This document shows, piece after piece, positions 26,968 through 36,883 of a stretch of 64,000 nucleotides of DNA (position 1 is its first letter; every line of letters begins with the position of its first letter). The notes under the pieces are model-generated. The model was not told the DNA's origin. It saw only the letters and a program-made list of their open reading frames with translations, and did no database searches. The stretch covers positions 2,411 through 66,410 of the forward strand of contig CBFGUY010000002.1 in NCBI GenBank assembly GCA_965651895.1. Direction: 5' to 3'. Both the position numbers and the translations under genes were made by a program. The stretch comes from an uncultured Algoriphagus sp. (GTDB lineage Bacteria; Bacteroidota; Bacteroidia; Cytophagales; Cyclobacteriaceae).

Positions 26968-28533
26968 ATAATTGAACATTTCACTCCATTCAGTCCGGTA
27001 TTCTAAACCTTCCTCTATTGCTACTTGATTCGCGATTTTGATCAATTCGCCGCTTTGAATCATGGCAATTGCAGTTTCCATATCTTCGGTCATCACTCTG
27101 TCACTTACGACCGGTGTGATGCTTTTTCGTACATGTTCGTGAATAGCCGTCATCACCTTGCCAGACTTGAGTGGCGCATGGAAATCCATCGCTTGAGCAG
27201 CATAAAATAGCTCAATCCCCAGAATTTTCTCCACATTCCCGATGACTTGCAAGGCTTTTCTCGCACCAATCGACCCCATACTTACATGATCCTCCTGTCC
27301 CAAGGAGGTGGGAATACTGTCGGCAGAGGCAGGAAAACAAAGCCCTTTATTTTCTGATGCCAAGGCTGCTGTTGTGTATTGGGGTATCATCAAACCGGAA
27401 TTAAGACCGGTTTCTTTCAATAATAATTTCGGTACTCCCGGCGTATCCCCTTCCAGTGAAAGGTAGATTCTTCGATCAGAAATATTCCCCAATTCAGAAG
27501 CCGCAAGGCAAGCATAATCCAGCGGCAACGCAATAGGCTGTCCATGAAAACTTCCTCCGGAAATCGTATGATCTTCGCTGAAAACGACTGGATTATCCGT
27601 CACGGAATTGATCTCGGTTTCGATGGCATCTTTCAGGTGAAGCCAGGCATTTCTGGATGCCCCATGAACCTGTGGCATGCACCGCAGAGAATAAGGATCC
27701 TGTACCCGTGCGCAATTCAAATGGGAATTGACGATTTCGGATCCGTTCAATAAATTTAAAATAGTCTGCGCCACATGCTTATTTCCGGGAAAAGGCCTTA
27801 GTTGATGTAATTCCGCAGAAAAAGGCTTGATCGAACCCATCAGTCCTTCGATCATCATGGCGCCGGTAATGTCCGCATGGACGAGCAGATTGTGCAAGCG
27901 GTCCACGACTTTTACGCCATAAGCTCCCATAAACTGGGTGCCGTTGATGAGTGCCAATCCTTCCTTCGGACCAAGAGAAAGTGCCGTCATTTCCAGCTTT
28001 TCATAGACGGAGGCTGTAGTTTGGATTGTGCCTTCAAAATGTACTTTTCCCAAACCTAACAAGGGCAAAAATAAATGAGAAAGAGGGGCCAAGTCTCCTG
28101 ATGCACCCACTGAACCTTGAATAGGGACCACGGGAATTATGTCATTATCCAGCATCCATAGCATTCGATCCAAGGTTTCTAGCCTGATTCCCGAAAACCC
28201 CTGAGCCAAAGCCTGGAGTTTCAATACGAGCATCAGTTTGGAAATCTCCAAGGGAACGGGTTCTCCCAAACCAACAGCATGGCTTTTAAGTAGATTTTCT
28301 TGTAAAGTCTGCGTATCAGCTGCTGTGATTTTACTGGTACAAAGCGGGCCAAAACCTGTATTGATACCATAGACAGCCTTTTCTCCTTTGGCGATGTTGG
28401 CGACAGCAAGGGCAGAAGCCCGCACTTTGTCACGGGTTTCCGGAGATAAGACGCCTTTTGTCTCTTTTCTAGCGAGTTGCAGGGCGATGCTTACTGTCAG
28501 ATGATCTTGGCCGTATTGAAAAGTATTCATCAT
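26965..28533 (-). CDS. hutH: Histidine ammonia-lyase
   Basis: YGINTGFG, GSVGASGDLAPL (Ala-Ser-Gly MIO motif), KEGLALINGT, QDPYSLRC. ATG at 28533/28530 preferred over 28575. Confidence 0.95.
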   Translation of the reverse strand: MMNTFQYGQDHLTVSIALQLARKETKGVLSPETRDKVRASALAVANIAKGEKAVYGINTGFGPLCTSKITAADTQTLQENLLKSHAVGLGEPVPLEISKLMLVLKLQALAQGFSGIRLETLDRMLWMLDNDIIPVVPIQGSVGASGDLAPLSHLFLPLLGLGKVHFEGTIQTTASVYEKLEMTALSLGPKEGLALINGTQFMGAYGVKVVDRLHNLLVHADITGAMMIEGLMGSIKPFSAELHQLRPFPGNKHVAQTILNLLNGSEIVNSHLNCARVQDPYSLRCMPQVHGASRNAWLHLKDAIETEINSVTDNPVVFSEDHTISGGSFHGQPIALPLDYACLAASELGNISDRRIYLSLEGDTPGVPKLLLKETGLNSGLMIPQYTTAALASENKGLCFPASADSIPTSLGQEDHVSMGSIGARKALQVIGNVEKILGIELFYAAQAMDFHAPLKSGKVMTAIHEHVRKSITPVVSDRVMTEDMETAIAMIQSGELIKIANQVAIEEGLEYRTEWSEMFNY

Positions 28534-28578
28534 AATTGGGTTTAGATTCAGGGTCTCTACAAAGGTACCAAGCATTAA

Positions 28579-28615
28579 TGATAAGTTTTGATATCAATTT
28601 TATCAATATATGATA
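28579..28615. promoter_or_regulatory. Cluster of TGATA/TATCA half-sites between hutH and the LysR gene; candidate operator
   Basis: TGATA-N8-TATCA (28579-28596), TGATA-N7-TATCA (28589-28605), TATCA-N5-TGATA (28601-28615). Confidence 0.45.
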
Positions 28616-28628
28616 CCTTTGAGGTATC

Positions 28629-29498
28629 GTGGAATTAAGACATTTGAATTATTTCAAAGCAGTGGCGGAGGAATTGAATTTCCGAAAGGCTGCTGAGCGA
28701 TTGTTTATTTCCCAGCCCGGATTGAGCAGGCAAATCAAGCAGCTCGAAGAAATGCTGGGAGTTACTCTTTTTGAGCGGGACCAAAAACACGTGGAGTTAA
28801 CGGTTGCCGGGATGTTTCTGAAAAGTGAAGTGGATTTCGTGCTGAATCATCTTGAACTCACTCGAAGCCAATTGAAACTGATCGCTGAAGGAAAAATAGG
28901 GGAACTGAGGATAGGCTTTCTCGGTTCGGCATCCAATCAGGTATTGCCTGATTTATTGGCCAAACTCAATGCGAATCAACCTTTAATAAGTACCAGTTTG
29001 GAAGAGCTGAGCAATTCGGTTCAAGTGGAAATGATCGAAAAGGATAAATTGGATTTGGGATTTGTCAGGTTGGCTTCTGTGCCAAGTGATCTGGAAATGA
29101 AGGTGGTGCTTAGGGATACATTTTCGTTGGTGGTGCCAAAAGAACATCCGATTAAAGAGCAGGAATTCCTATCAGTGAATCAGTTTAAGGATGAGCCCTT
29201 TGTTCTTTTTTCCTCCGATTATAGTAATCTTTATTATGAGCAGATTATCGGCATTTGCAGGGATGCCGGTTTTTCTCCTAAGATTCGGCATAAGTCCGTT
29301 CATGCACTGACGATCTTCAAATTGGTTGAAAACGGAATGGGGGTGGCAATCATTCCAACTTCACTGAAGGAAGGCTATGAACTGAATGTGCGTTTTATGC
29401 CTATTCCGAATATACCTCAGCATACGGAGCTTTCAGCCATCTGGAAAGCAGAGAACCGGAATCCTGCATTGAAGCAGGTTTTGCCTTTAATAGGTTGA
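28629..29498 (+). CDS. LysR family transcriptional regulator divergent from the hut genes
   Basis: MELRHLNYFKAVAEELNFRKAAERLFISQPGLSRQIKQLE HTH_1 motif; GTG start. Confidence 0.93.
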   Translation: MELRHLNYFKAVAEELNFRKAAERLFISQPGLSRQIKQLEEMLGVTLFERDQKHVELTVAGMFLKSEVDFVLNHLELTRSQLKLIAEGKIGELRIGFLGSASNQVLPDLLAKLNANQPLISTSLEELSNSVQVEMIEKDKLDLGFVRLASVPSDLEMKVVLRDTFSLVVPKEHPIKEQEFLSVNQFKDEPFVLFSSDYSNLYYEQIIGICRDAGFSPKIRHKSVHALTIFKLVENGMGVAIIPTSLKEGYELNVRFMPIPNIPQHTELSAIWKAENRNPALKQVLPLIG

Positions 29499-29572
29499 AA
29501 GTTTGAAAGTTGAAATGTGGTAAGGTTCCTTCATCATCCTGAAATGATTTTTTCTATTTTAGCCAAAAATTA

Positions 29573-29593
29573 AAATGTCGGGCAAATGTCGGG
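29573..29593 (+). promoter_or_regulatory. Direct repeat AAATGTCGGG x2 at 11-bp period; candidate operator
   Basis: Exact copies at 29573-29582 and 29584-29593, upstream of the XRE-membrane gene. Confidence 0.55.
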
Positions 29594-29669
29594 TCAAAAC
29601 CCAGCCTGATTCGTCCTAAGTCACAATCAAATCCCAGAAATTGCCATGGTTAATCAAAAACTATTTACA

Positions 29670-30476
29670 ATGAAGCAACCGGAACTTGGCAAGAAAATCT
29701 CTGAAATGAGAAAAGCAAAAGGACTGACTCAGGAAGAGTTGGTCGAATTGTGCAACCTGAATGTGCGTACGATACAGCGCATAGAAGCAGGGGAGGTGAC
29801 TCCGAGGAGCTATACGATCAAAGCGCTTTTTGAAGCTTTGGGGGCAAAGATGGAAACCATAGAATCTGAGCGGCCGTCTGCATATCCAAACTCATTAGTT
29901 GTATGGCTCTACACAGGGTTTGGTGCGGGGTTGGTCTATTTCTTTTTGAGCTTTTTTGATATCAGTATGGAAGTCGAGTGGATGGAAGGAAGTTTTACCA
30001 ATTCCTTGACTTTTGGATTAGTGAAAGCTGGTGTTCTGATCACCTTTTCTTTATTCCTTTTTGGATTGATCAAAATGGCAGGGACATTTCCAAACAAGGT
30101 GCTTCAGATTGCACTTTGGGTGATGCTTATTGCGAACGGTATTTGGTACTCGATTGATTTAATTTCTCTGGCAACCCCTTCTTTTAGAATAGAAGATTAT
30201 TATGTAGTTAAGCTATGTACTTTTGGGTTGGCTTATGGATTTATAGGAGCTGGATTTCTCTGCTACAAGAACCTTTGGTCGAATATCCCACAGATTTTAG
30301 GTGGACTGGGAATAGTGTCTGGAATATTGATCTTCTCCGTAGTTGGGGCTCTGTTCGCACTGATTCCTTTGACTATGTTTGAGATTGGAGAGCTCGCATT
30401 TTTGATTTGGGGCATAAATAAAATCGGGAGAACATCTTCTCCCGATTCTACTTTTAATTCTCAAGTGACTGCTTGA
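29670..30476 (+). CDS. XRE-HTH protein fused to a multi-pass membrane domain
   Basis: MRKAKGLTQEELVELCNLNVRTIQRIEAGE HTH followed by about 6 hydrophobic segments. Alternative ATG at 29646. Confidence 0.85.
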   Translation: MKQPELGKKISEMRKAKGLTQEELVELCNLNVRTIQRIEAGEVTPRSYTIKALFEALGAKMETIESERPSAYPNSLVVWLYTGFGAGLVYFFLSFFDISMEVEWMEGSFTNSLTFGLVKAGVLITFSLFLFGLIKMAGTFPNKVLQIALWVMLIANGIWYSIDLISLATPSFRIEDYYVVKLCTFGLAYGFIGAGFLCYKNLWSNIPQILGGLGIVSGILIFSVVGALFALIPLTMFEIGELAFLIWGINKIGRTSSPDSTFNSQVTA

Positions 30477-32139
30477 TTTTTTCCTTCACCAACTTTAAGA
30501 TTTCAGCGTTTTTTTTGCTTGAAGTCTCTATCTCCAGGATTTTTGGATGTAGGGAATCCGAGTAAAAGTCAATCAGCGAAGCTTCCAATTCTTCTTGATT
30601 CACCACTTTGGAATAAAAGAATCCAAATTCAGTCGCCAAGTGCTGGGCGGTTAAGTTCTGTTTTGTTTCGAAGAACTCTTCCAATTCTGGTTGATTTGAC
30701 GGCCCGTCGATCAATCGGAAGATTCCTCCCGCATGATTATTCAGCAAAATCACCCGAAGATTGGGCATGGTGTAGTTGTGCCAAAAAGCATTGCGATCAT
30801 AGAAGAAAGCCATGTCACCGGTGATCAGAGTCACGGTTTCCTTTGTGGTAAAAGTGCAACCCACAGCCGTGGAATTGGATCCATCTATGCCGCTGGTTCC
30901 TCTGTTGCAGATCACCTCCTGATTCCTTTTTCCAAGAAAATTCAAATAGCGGACAGCCATGCTATTGGCTACATGGATTTTGGATAGGAGTGGGGTTTTA
31001 CCCAGACAATTAGCCAAAGCAGCATATTCTCCAAAAACTTCTTTCTGTAAGATTTGAGTCAGATTGGCAGAAACTGTCTTTTCAAGAGAATGCCAGGTCT
31101 GGTAGTATTTAGAGTTTTGATTTCCGAGATTCTCATTGAGCCAGTTGAGAAAAAACAGGGGTTCAGATTCAATGTTTCTGGTCAATCTCTGATAGGTGTC
31201 CTTTGCATTACCATCTTCCTGTATATGCCAATGGGATGTCTGAGTCTTGCGAAGGAAAAGCTTGAGTGACTTAGAAATAACCGATTTGCCAAAACTGATT
31301 ACCAGATCCGGTTTGAGTTCCTCGGTGATTACCGGGTGTCCCAACCAATGATCGTGGAGGGTGATTGTATAATCCGACTGCAAATTGCTGATAGTGTCAC
31401 TGACAATAACAGCTTTTTGTTTTTTGCTTAGCTGATCTAGCAGTTCTTGAAGCTGGGGGTTAGGACGTTGCTGTCCAGGAACAATCAGTATTTTCTTAAC
31501 AATTTCCAGCCTGCTCTTGAGCTTGATGAGGGATTCCTCAGTCGGTATGGTTTTGCTTTTCACTAAGTTAAAAACCCTTGGCTTTTCTGGGAAAACGAAT
31601 GCTTCTCCTTTCTCGGGATAAAAAGGCTCCCTGAGGGGAATATTGATATGAACCGGTCCTTGGGGGAATTGCTGTGCCAGGTTGACCGCTTCATTTACTA
31701 TGCGTGAAGAGTGCCAAAGTTGATCTGGATTGCTCGAGAGATCAGGTATCTGAAAACTCTTTTTCACATGCTTGCCATAGACCTCAGGTTGGAACACTGT
31801 CTGTCCGTCGTATTGATCAATCCATTCCGCAGGTCTATCTGCCGTCAAGATGAGTAAAGGGATTTGCTGGAAAAAAGCTTCTGCTACTGCAGGATAATAA
31901 TTCAGGGCAGCTGATCCGCTGGTACAGACAAGCACTACCGGTTGCTCCAGCTGCTGGGCAATTCCCAATGCCATAAAAGCAGCAGCACGTTCGTCAGAGA
32001 TTGTTCTGGTGTGAATGTGTGGATGACGGGTAAAAGCAAGCGTCAAAGGCGCGCAGCGTGAGCCTGGTGAAAGGATCGCGTTTTGGATACCTTTTTTGGC
32101 GCAGATCGCTACTAAATCGGTAATTTGAGGAAGAATCAA
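30454..32139 (-). CDS. menD: SEPHCHC synthase (menaquinone pathway)
   Basis: SPGSRCAPL, DERAAAF, CTSGSA, NRGTSGIDG, GDMAFFYD, NNHAGGIF. Confidence 0.95.
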   Translation of the reverse strand: MILPQITDLVAICAKKGIQNAILSPGSRCAPLTLAFTRHPHIHTRTISDERAAAFMALGIAQQLEQPVVLVCTSGSAALNYYPAVAEAFFQQIPLLILTADRPAEWIDQYDGQTVFQPEVYGKHVKKSFQIPDLSSNPDQLWHSSRIVNEAVNLAQQFPQGPVHINIPLREPFYPEKGEAFVFPEKPRVFNLVKSKTIPTEESLIKLKSRLEIVKKILIVPGQQRPNPQLQELLDQLSKKQKAVIVSDTISNLQSDYTITLHDHWLGHPVITEELKPDLVISFGKSVISKSLKLFLRKTQTSHWHIQEDGNAKDTYQRLTRNIESEPLFFLNWLNENLGNQNSKYYQTWHSLEKTVSANLTQILQKEVFGEYAALANCLGKTPLLSKIHVANSMAVRYLNFLGKRNQEVICNRGTSGIDGSNSTAVGCTFTTKETVTLITGDMAFFYDRNAFWHNYTMPNLRVILLNNHAGGIFRLIDGPSNQPELEEFFETKQNLTAQHLATEFGFFYSKVVNQEELEASLIDFYSDSLHPKILEIETSSKKNAEILKLVKEKIKQSLEN

Positions 32140-33353
32140 GCGCTTGGGTTTTGGATGAATTTACCGATTATTTGACATTTGAGCTCCGTTTCTTCCCATT
32201 CCTTTTCAGGATCTGAATCTTCGGTCACACCTGCTCCCGCATAGAGCGTGGCCTCATTGTCATGAAGACTGGCAGTTCTCAAATTGACATAAATTGAGGT
32301 GCTACCCTGGATATTCACCGGCCCCAGAAAACCCGAGAAAAAAGATCGATCGAAACCTTCGAAGTTCTGCAGAAAATCATGGGCTTCACGCCTAGGCATT
32401 CCGCAAACTGCCGAAGTAGGATGGAGGAGGCCTAGCATGATAGATCCCAATTCGGGAAAGCCGGTTTCTTGCATATTGATTCTGAAGTCAGATCGTAAGT
32501 GTAGCAGATTACCAGCCACAACTGTTTTTGGACCATGTTCCTCGTATTCCCGTAATCTTATTTTCTTGAAGCAAGAGACAATGTATCTACTTACGAGTGC
32601 CTGTTCCTCAATTTCTTTTTGAGTCCAGGCAACTGACTTAAGCGGATTGTCCCCAGTTGCTTTTTGAGTTCCAGCAAGAGACATGGTGGTGAAAATATCT
32701 CCTTTGGTTTCAATCAAGGTTTCGGGAGAGGCTCCGATCCAAGTTCCTACATTCGGTAAGTGAAAAAAATTGATGAAGGCATTTGGGTAGGCTTCCATCA
32801 TACTCAAGAGGGTGCGACTAAGGTCGAAATCAGTAGGGGTAGGGATTGTTTTTGTTCTTGCCGGAACGACTTTTTCCAGTTGATTTTCCTGGATAGCCTG
32901 GATAGCGTTTTTAACCAACTGGATGAAATGATCTTTTTCTTCACTGATTTTGGAAGGTTGTGCTTGTGTAGCTACCGTCCGATCGGCTAATACATCCCGA
33001 ATATCTTGAGTAGAAAGCCTTTCTTGGTTTTTCAATTGGACTTTGACCCATTCTGGAAGCTCATCAGATGTAAGAGGTGTGTCCAGCTGAAAGGAAAAGT
33101 ACTTGTTTGCTTTAATGAAAAAAGCCTTTTTATCCGACTGATCGGCGAATGGATGCACAATAAATCCAGGTTCAAGTTTTTCTATGTTCAGCTCAACTTT
33201 TACAGGTTCTGAAGTGTCATCCAAAACAATTTCAACAGTGTTGGATTTTGGTTTTCGCCAGAGGGCAAAGGAACCGCCTGAAGTCAGCCCCAGCTGAATC
33301 AAGAGTTGAAGTACTTCTGTTTTGGTATGATTGGTAGCTACGTGTGTATGCAT
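32136..33353 (-). CDS. menF: Isochorismate synthase
   Basis: Chorismate-binding motifs KVVPART, GASPETL, EIEEQ, LHPTSAVCG, YAGAGV; coupled to menD. Confidence 0.88.
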   Translation of the reverse strand: MHTHVATNHTKTEVLQLLIQLGLTSGGSFALWRKPKSNTVEIVLDDTSEPVKVELNIEKLEPGFIVHPFADQSDKKAFFIKANKYFSFQLDTPLTSDELPEWVKVQLKNQERLSTQDIRDVLADRTVATQAQPSKISEEKDHFIQLVKNAIQAIQENQLEKVVPARTKTIPTPTDFDLSRTLLSMMEAYPNAFINFFHLPNVGTWIGASPETLIETKGDIFTTMSLAGTQKATGDNPLKSVAWTQKEIEEQALVSRYIVSCFKKIRLREYEEHGPKTVVAGNLLHLRSDFRINMQETGFPELGSIMLGLLHPTSAVCGMPRREAHDFLQNFEGFDRSFFSGFLGPVNIQGSTSIYVNLRTASLHDNEATLYAGAGVTEDSDPEKEWEETELKCQIIGKFIQNPSA

Positions 33354-33775
33354 TACTTTTTATCTAAAATAGCCATGGTAATCCGACTGATGCAGCAGAG
33401 TTGACCTTCCTCATTTGTGATTTTGATTTCCCAGACCTGTGTGCTTTTTCCCAGATGGATGGGGGTTGTAGTTCCTGTCACCAGGCCAGACTTAACACCT
33501 TTAAGATGGTTGGCGTTGATCTCCAGTCCTACACAAGCTTGTTTGGTCATATCAATAGTGAGCGAAGCCGCCACGCTCCCGACTGTCTCTGCAAGCACTA
33601 CATTGGCGCCACCGTGTAACAAACCCATGGGTTGTTTTGTTCGCTCATCTACGGGCATAGTAGCAGTGAGATGATCATCACCGATTTCAGTAAATACTAT
33701 ACCCAAAAAACCGGGCATGTTGTTTTTACCCATTTGATTGATCTGATCCAGTGAAGGCTTTTGAAGGAATACCAT
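33353..33775 (-). CDS. menI: Hotdog-fold thioesterase (DHNA-CoA hydrolase, MenI/YdiI-like)
   Basis: QPMGLLHGGANVVLAET, VGLEINANH; men gene context. Confidence 0.8.
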   Translation of the reverse strand: MVFLQKPSLDQINQMGKNNMPGFLGIVFTEIGDDHLTATMPVDERTKQPMGLLHGGANVVLAETVGSVAASLTIDMTKQACVGLEINANHLKGVKSGLVTGTTTPIHLGKSTQVWEIKITNEEGQLCCISRITMAILDKK

Positions 33776-33827
33776 GAAAATTAAAGTAAATGGGTTTTCT
33801 TTGGGGTGCAGACAAAAATAGAGAATC

Positions 33828-34451
33828 TTGAATCGAAAAAAAATTTACTTAGTTAGGCACGGACAGACGGATTATAATTTGAAAGGTGTGGTGCAGGGTA
33901 GTGGGATTGATGCTCCGATTAATGAAACCGGCAGAAAGCAGGCGGCTGCATTTTATGAGGCCTATAAAAATACCCCGTTTGATCAGGCTTATTATACCGG
34001 ATTACAGCGAACTAAACAATCAATTCAGGGATTTCTGGATTTGGGCATCCCGGCAGTTTCCACCACAGATCTCAATGAGATTTCCTGGGGAGATTACGAG
34101 GGATTACCGATGTCACCTGAAGAAAATCAATATTATCAGCATATGCTGGATCAATGGCAACAGGGAAATCTGGATTATTGTATTGCAGGTGGGGAAAGCC
34201 CAAATATCGTTGCCAAGCGGATGCAGCGAGGGATTGATGCGATAATTGGGGGGGCTGGAGAAACTATATTGGTGTGCATGCACGGACGTGCGATGCGTAT
34301 ATTCTTAAGCTTGATAATGAAGCAGGATCTTTGTCACATGGATATGTTTGAGCACAAAAACCTTTGCCTCTATCTACTTGAGGAAAAAGAGAATGGGGAT
34401 TTTGAGTTGCTGAAAAGAAACGATACTGAACACCTTAAGGAGCTGGTGTAG
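33828..34451 (+). CDS. Histidine phosphatase (phosphoglycerate mutase family)
   Basis: LVRHGQT motif, LNEISWGDYEG, HG; TTG start. Confidence 0.9.
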   Translation: MNRKKIYLVRHGQTDYNLKGVVQGSGIDAPINETGRKQAAAFYEAYKNTPFDQAYYTGLQRTKQSIQGFLDLGIPAVSTTDLNEISWGDYEGLPMSPEENQYYQHMLDQWQQGNLDYCIAGGESPNIVAKRMQRGIDAIIGGAGETILVCMHGRAMRIFLSLIMKQDLCHMDMFEHKNLCLYLLEEKENGDFELLKRNDTEHLKELV

Positions 34452-34860
34452 CATTTCTTCTTTCGATTTTCTCCCGCTTTTGGTTTTCTTCAAAAGCCGT
34501 CAGAAATGTGTCCAGGGATTTTTTGTTGGCAGTCATATCTACTACCCGAAATGCGATTTCCTGAAGTCTCATGTCCACGCCTTTTTCCAAGTTGATTAGA
34601 AACTGGCCAAGAAAGCAAGCGTCAAAATCGCATTTTGGAATATCAATGATTAATGCCAGTTCAGAATTTCCAGAATAAGCGCGGGTTTTGTAAGCAGTAG
34701 AAAATTGGGACTGAATGGCCTTAAGAGAGGTGTCTAGCGATTTTAATTCCTTTGATTTAAATATTACCAAAAAAGTTTTGGGCTCTGACTCCATGCCATA
34801 TATTGAAAGAGAAAGAAATAAGGTGATAACTAGGATTCCAAGACTTTTCATAGCTCTCAA
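34435..34860 (-). CDS. Hypothetical exported protein
   Basis: Signal-peptide-like N-terminus. No family recognised. Confidence 0.65.
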   Translation of the reverse strand: MRAMKSLGILVITLFLSLSIYGMESEPKTFLVIFKSKELKSLDTSLKAIQSQFSTAYKTRAYSGNSELALIIDIPKCDFDACFLGQFLINLEKGVDMRLQEIAFRVVDMTANKKSLDTFLTAFEENQKREKIERRNATPAP

Positions 34861-34898
34861 TATAGAAAAATTAACACGATGAAAGCAAAAAAAATTAA

Positions 34899-34937
34899 AA
34901 AAAGAAACCCCAAACTTTAAGTTCAGGGTTTCTTTTT
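34899..34937 (-). terminator. Intrinsic terminator after the nif3/zinc-ribbon operon
   Basis: AAAAAGAAACCC / GGGTTTCTTTTT 12-bp inverted repeat with A/T tails. Confidence 0.75.
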
Positions 34938-34963
34938 ATATATGAAAATCTTACAATTTTCAA

Positions 34964-35740
34964 TTAAGCCTTGGCTTTAGTAGCTCTTTTTTTCTTTGGT
35001 GCTGGTTCTTCGATGATCTCATCTTCTACACCGGCGAGGATTCTCCCACAGTGCTCACATACGATCAGCTTTTTCTTCTCACGGATATCCGCCTGTCTCT
35101 GGGGAGGCACAGTGTTGAAGCATCCGCCACAAGCCCCTCTTTTCACCATTACTACAGCAAGGCCATTCTTGGCATTGGCTCTGATTTTGGTGTAAGATTT
35201 CAGAAGTCTTTCATCCACTTTCTTAGTGGCTTTCTCACGGTCAGAATTCAATTTCGCTTCTTCAGACTCGCTTTCAGTTACAATAGAAGCTAATTCATTG
35301 TTTTTCTGATCAAGATCTTTCTGACGGTCCTTTCTGACGGCACTTAATTCCTCCAAGTCCACTTTTTTCTGATCGATTCTATATCCAGCCTCAGTGATTT
35401 TCTTTTTAGCAACCTGAATCTCTAAATCCTGAAGTTCAAGCTCCTTGGTGATTGCATCGTATTCGCGGTTGTTGCGAACGTTCATCTGCTGTTCCTGATA
35501 TTTCTTGATCAGTTTTTCAGAGTCTTTGATGCTTTCTTTAAGCGCCTTTATTTCGTTCTCAAAAGAATCTATTTCACTTTGAAATTTCTCCAATCGAGTT
35601 TCATAGCCAGCGATCTCATCTTCTAAGTCTTGAACCTCTTCAGGAAGAGCTCCGCGTACTTTGATGATGGCGTCAAGTTTTGAATCTAAAAGTTGAAGGT
35701 TGTGAATAGCTTCGAGTTTCTGTGCTACTGTACTTTCCAT
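34964..35740 (-). CDS. Coiled-coil protein with C4 zinc ribbon (DUF164/CT398-like)
   Basis: Long coiled coil, then ACGGCF...VCEHCGRIL. Confidence 0.9.
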   Translation of the reverse strand: MESTVAQKLEAIHNLQLLDSKLDAIIKVRGALPEEVQDLEDEIAGYETRLEKFQSEIDSFENEIKALKESIKDSEKLIKKYQEQQMNVRNNREYDAITKELELQDLEIQVAKKKITEAGYRIDQKKVDLEELSAVRKDRQKDLDQKNNELASIVTESESEEAKLNSDREKATKKVDERLLKSYTKIRANAKNGLAVVMVKRGACGGCFNTVPPQRQADIREKKKLIVCEHCGRILAGVEDEIIEEPAPKKKRATKAKA

Positions 35741-35743
35741 GTA

Positions 35744-36844
35744 CTATCGGTAGGATGAGGGATTTGTAACTACTTTTGTCAAATAGAGTGCAATATTAGG
35801 AAAATTTTGTGACAAAAACTCCTGTAGTAATTCTTTTGTGAAAATTTCACTCTCATAATGTCCGATGTCACAGAGAATTAATGCTCCGTCAGCATCGAAA
35901 AACTCGTGGTATTTCACGTCAGCGGTTACAAACACATCAGCTCCGGCACGCATGGCGTCTCCAAGCAGAAATATGCCCGCGCCGCCACACACAGCTACTT
36001 TTTTTATTTTGCGGGCAATCAATGATGTATGTTTGATGACCTCCAAGTTCATTTTGGCCTTTAAATAATCCAAAAATTCCTCACTTCCCATTTCATCTGG
36101 AAGGGTTCCTATCATTCCTGCTCCTACTTCTTGATTCTCATTTTCAAGACTTTGTATATAATATGCCACCTCCTCATAGGAATGGGCAGCCCTCATTTCC
36201 CGTAAGACCTTTGGTAGTAGGTGGTTTGCTACCAACACTTCCACTCTCACCTCTTCCTCCTGCTGCGCTTTTCCCCGTTCACCCAAGGTTGGATTGGCTT
36301 TTTCGGACGGAGTGAAGGTGCCTGTGCCTTTTACTTGAAAGGAGCAGTCTGCGTATTCTCCGATTTTGCCGGCTCCGGCAGAATATACCGCCCGAAGCAC
36401 TTTATCTTTCTCAGGTTCTGGCACAAAAAACACCAGCTTGCTCAGTAATTGCTTTTTAGGCTGTAGGATCTTTGTGTCCTTCAGTTGGAGTCGATCAGAA
36501 ATCCGCTTGTTTACACCATGGGCTACATGGTCTAAGTTGGTATGTATTGCATAGATGGCTATGTCGTTTTTTATTGCTTTGATGATTGTCCGCTCCACGT
36601 AATTTCTCCCAGTCAGACTTTTCATGCCCTTGAAAACTATCGGATGATGGGCCACGATCATATTGGCTCCCAATGCTATGGCTTCATCCACTACCGCTTC
36701 TATGCAGTCAAGTGTACAAAGAATTCCTGTTACTTCGGCATGTCTGTTGCCTGTGATCAAAGTAGCGTTATCGTAAGACTCCTGATAGGATGGAGGAGCG
36801 ATTTGCTCCAGATAGGAAATCACCTCGCTAATCTTGTATCCCAT
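35744..36844 (-). CDS. Nif3-like dinuclear metal-centre hexameric protein (long form with PII-like insert)
   Basis: QESYDNA, AHHPIVF, HTNLD, HSYEEVAY, CGGAG, GHYESE. Confidence 0.92.
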   Translation of the reverse strand: MGYKISEVISYLEQIAPPSYQESYDNATLITGNRHAEVTGILCTLDCIEAVVDEAIALGANMIVAHHPIVFKGMKSLTGRNYVERTIIKAIKNDIAIYAIHTNLDHVAHGVNKRISDRLQLKDTKILQPKKQLLSKLVFFVPEPEKDKVLRAVYSAGAGKIGEYADCSFQVKGTGTFTPSEKANPTLGERGKAQQEEEVRVEVLVANHLLPKVLREMRAAHSYEEVAYYIQSLENENQEVGAGMIGTLPDEMGSEEFLDYLKAKMNLEVIKHTSLIARKIKKVAVCGGAGIFLLGDAMRAGADVFVTADVKYHEFFDADGALILCDIGHYESEIFTKELLQEFLSQNFPNIALYLTKVVTNPSSYR

Positions 36845-36883
36845 AATTTTTCTGTTTATTTGATCAAAAATACTAATTCTCGA

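Noticed and set aside
36542-36883. N-terminal extension of the 466-aa lpxK ORF
   Set aside because: It overlaps the opposite-strand nif3 gene. LpxK-like sequence starts at ATG 36884.
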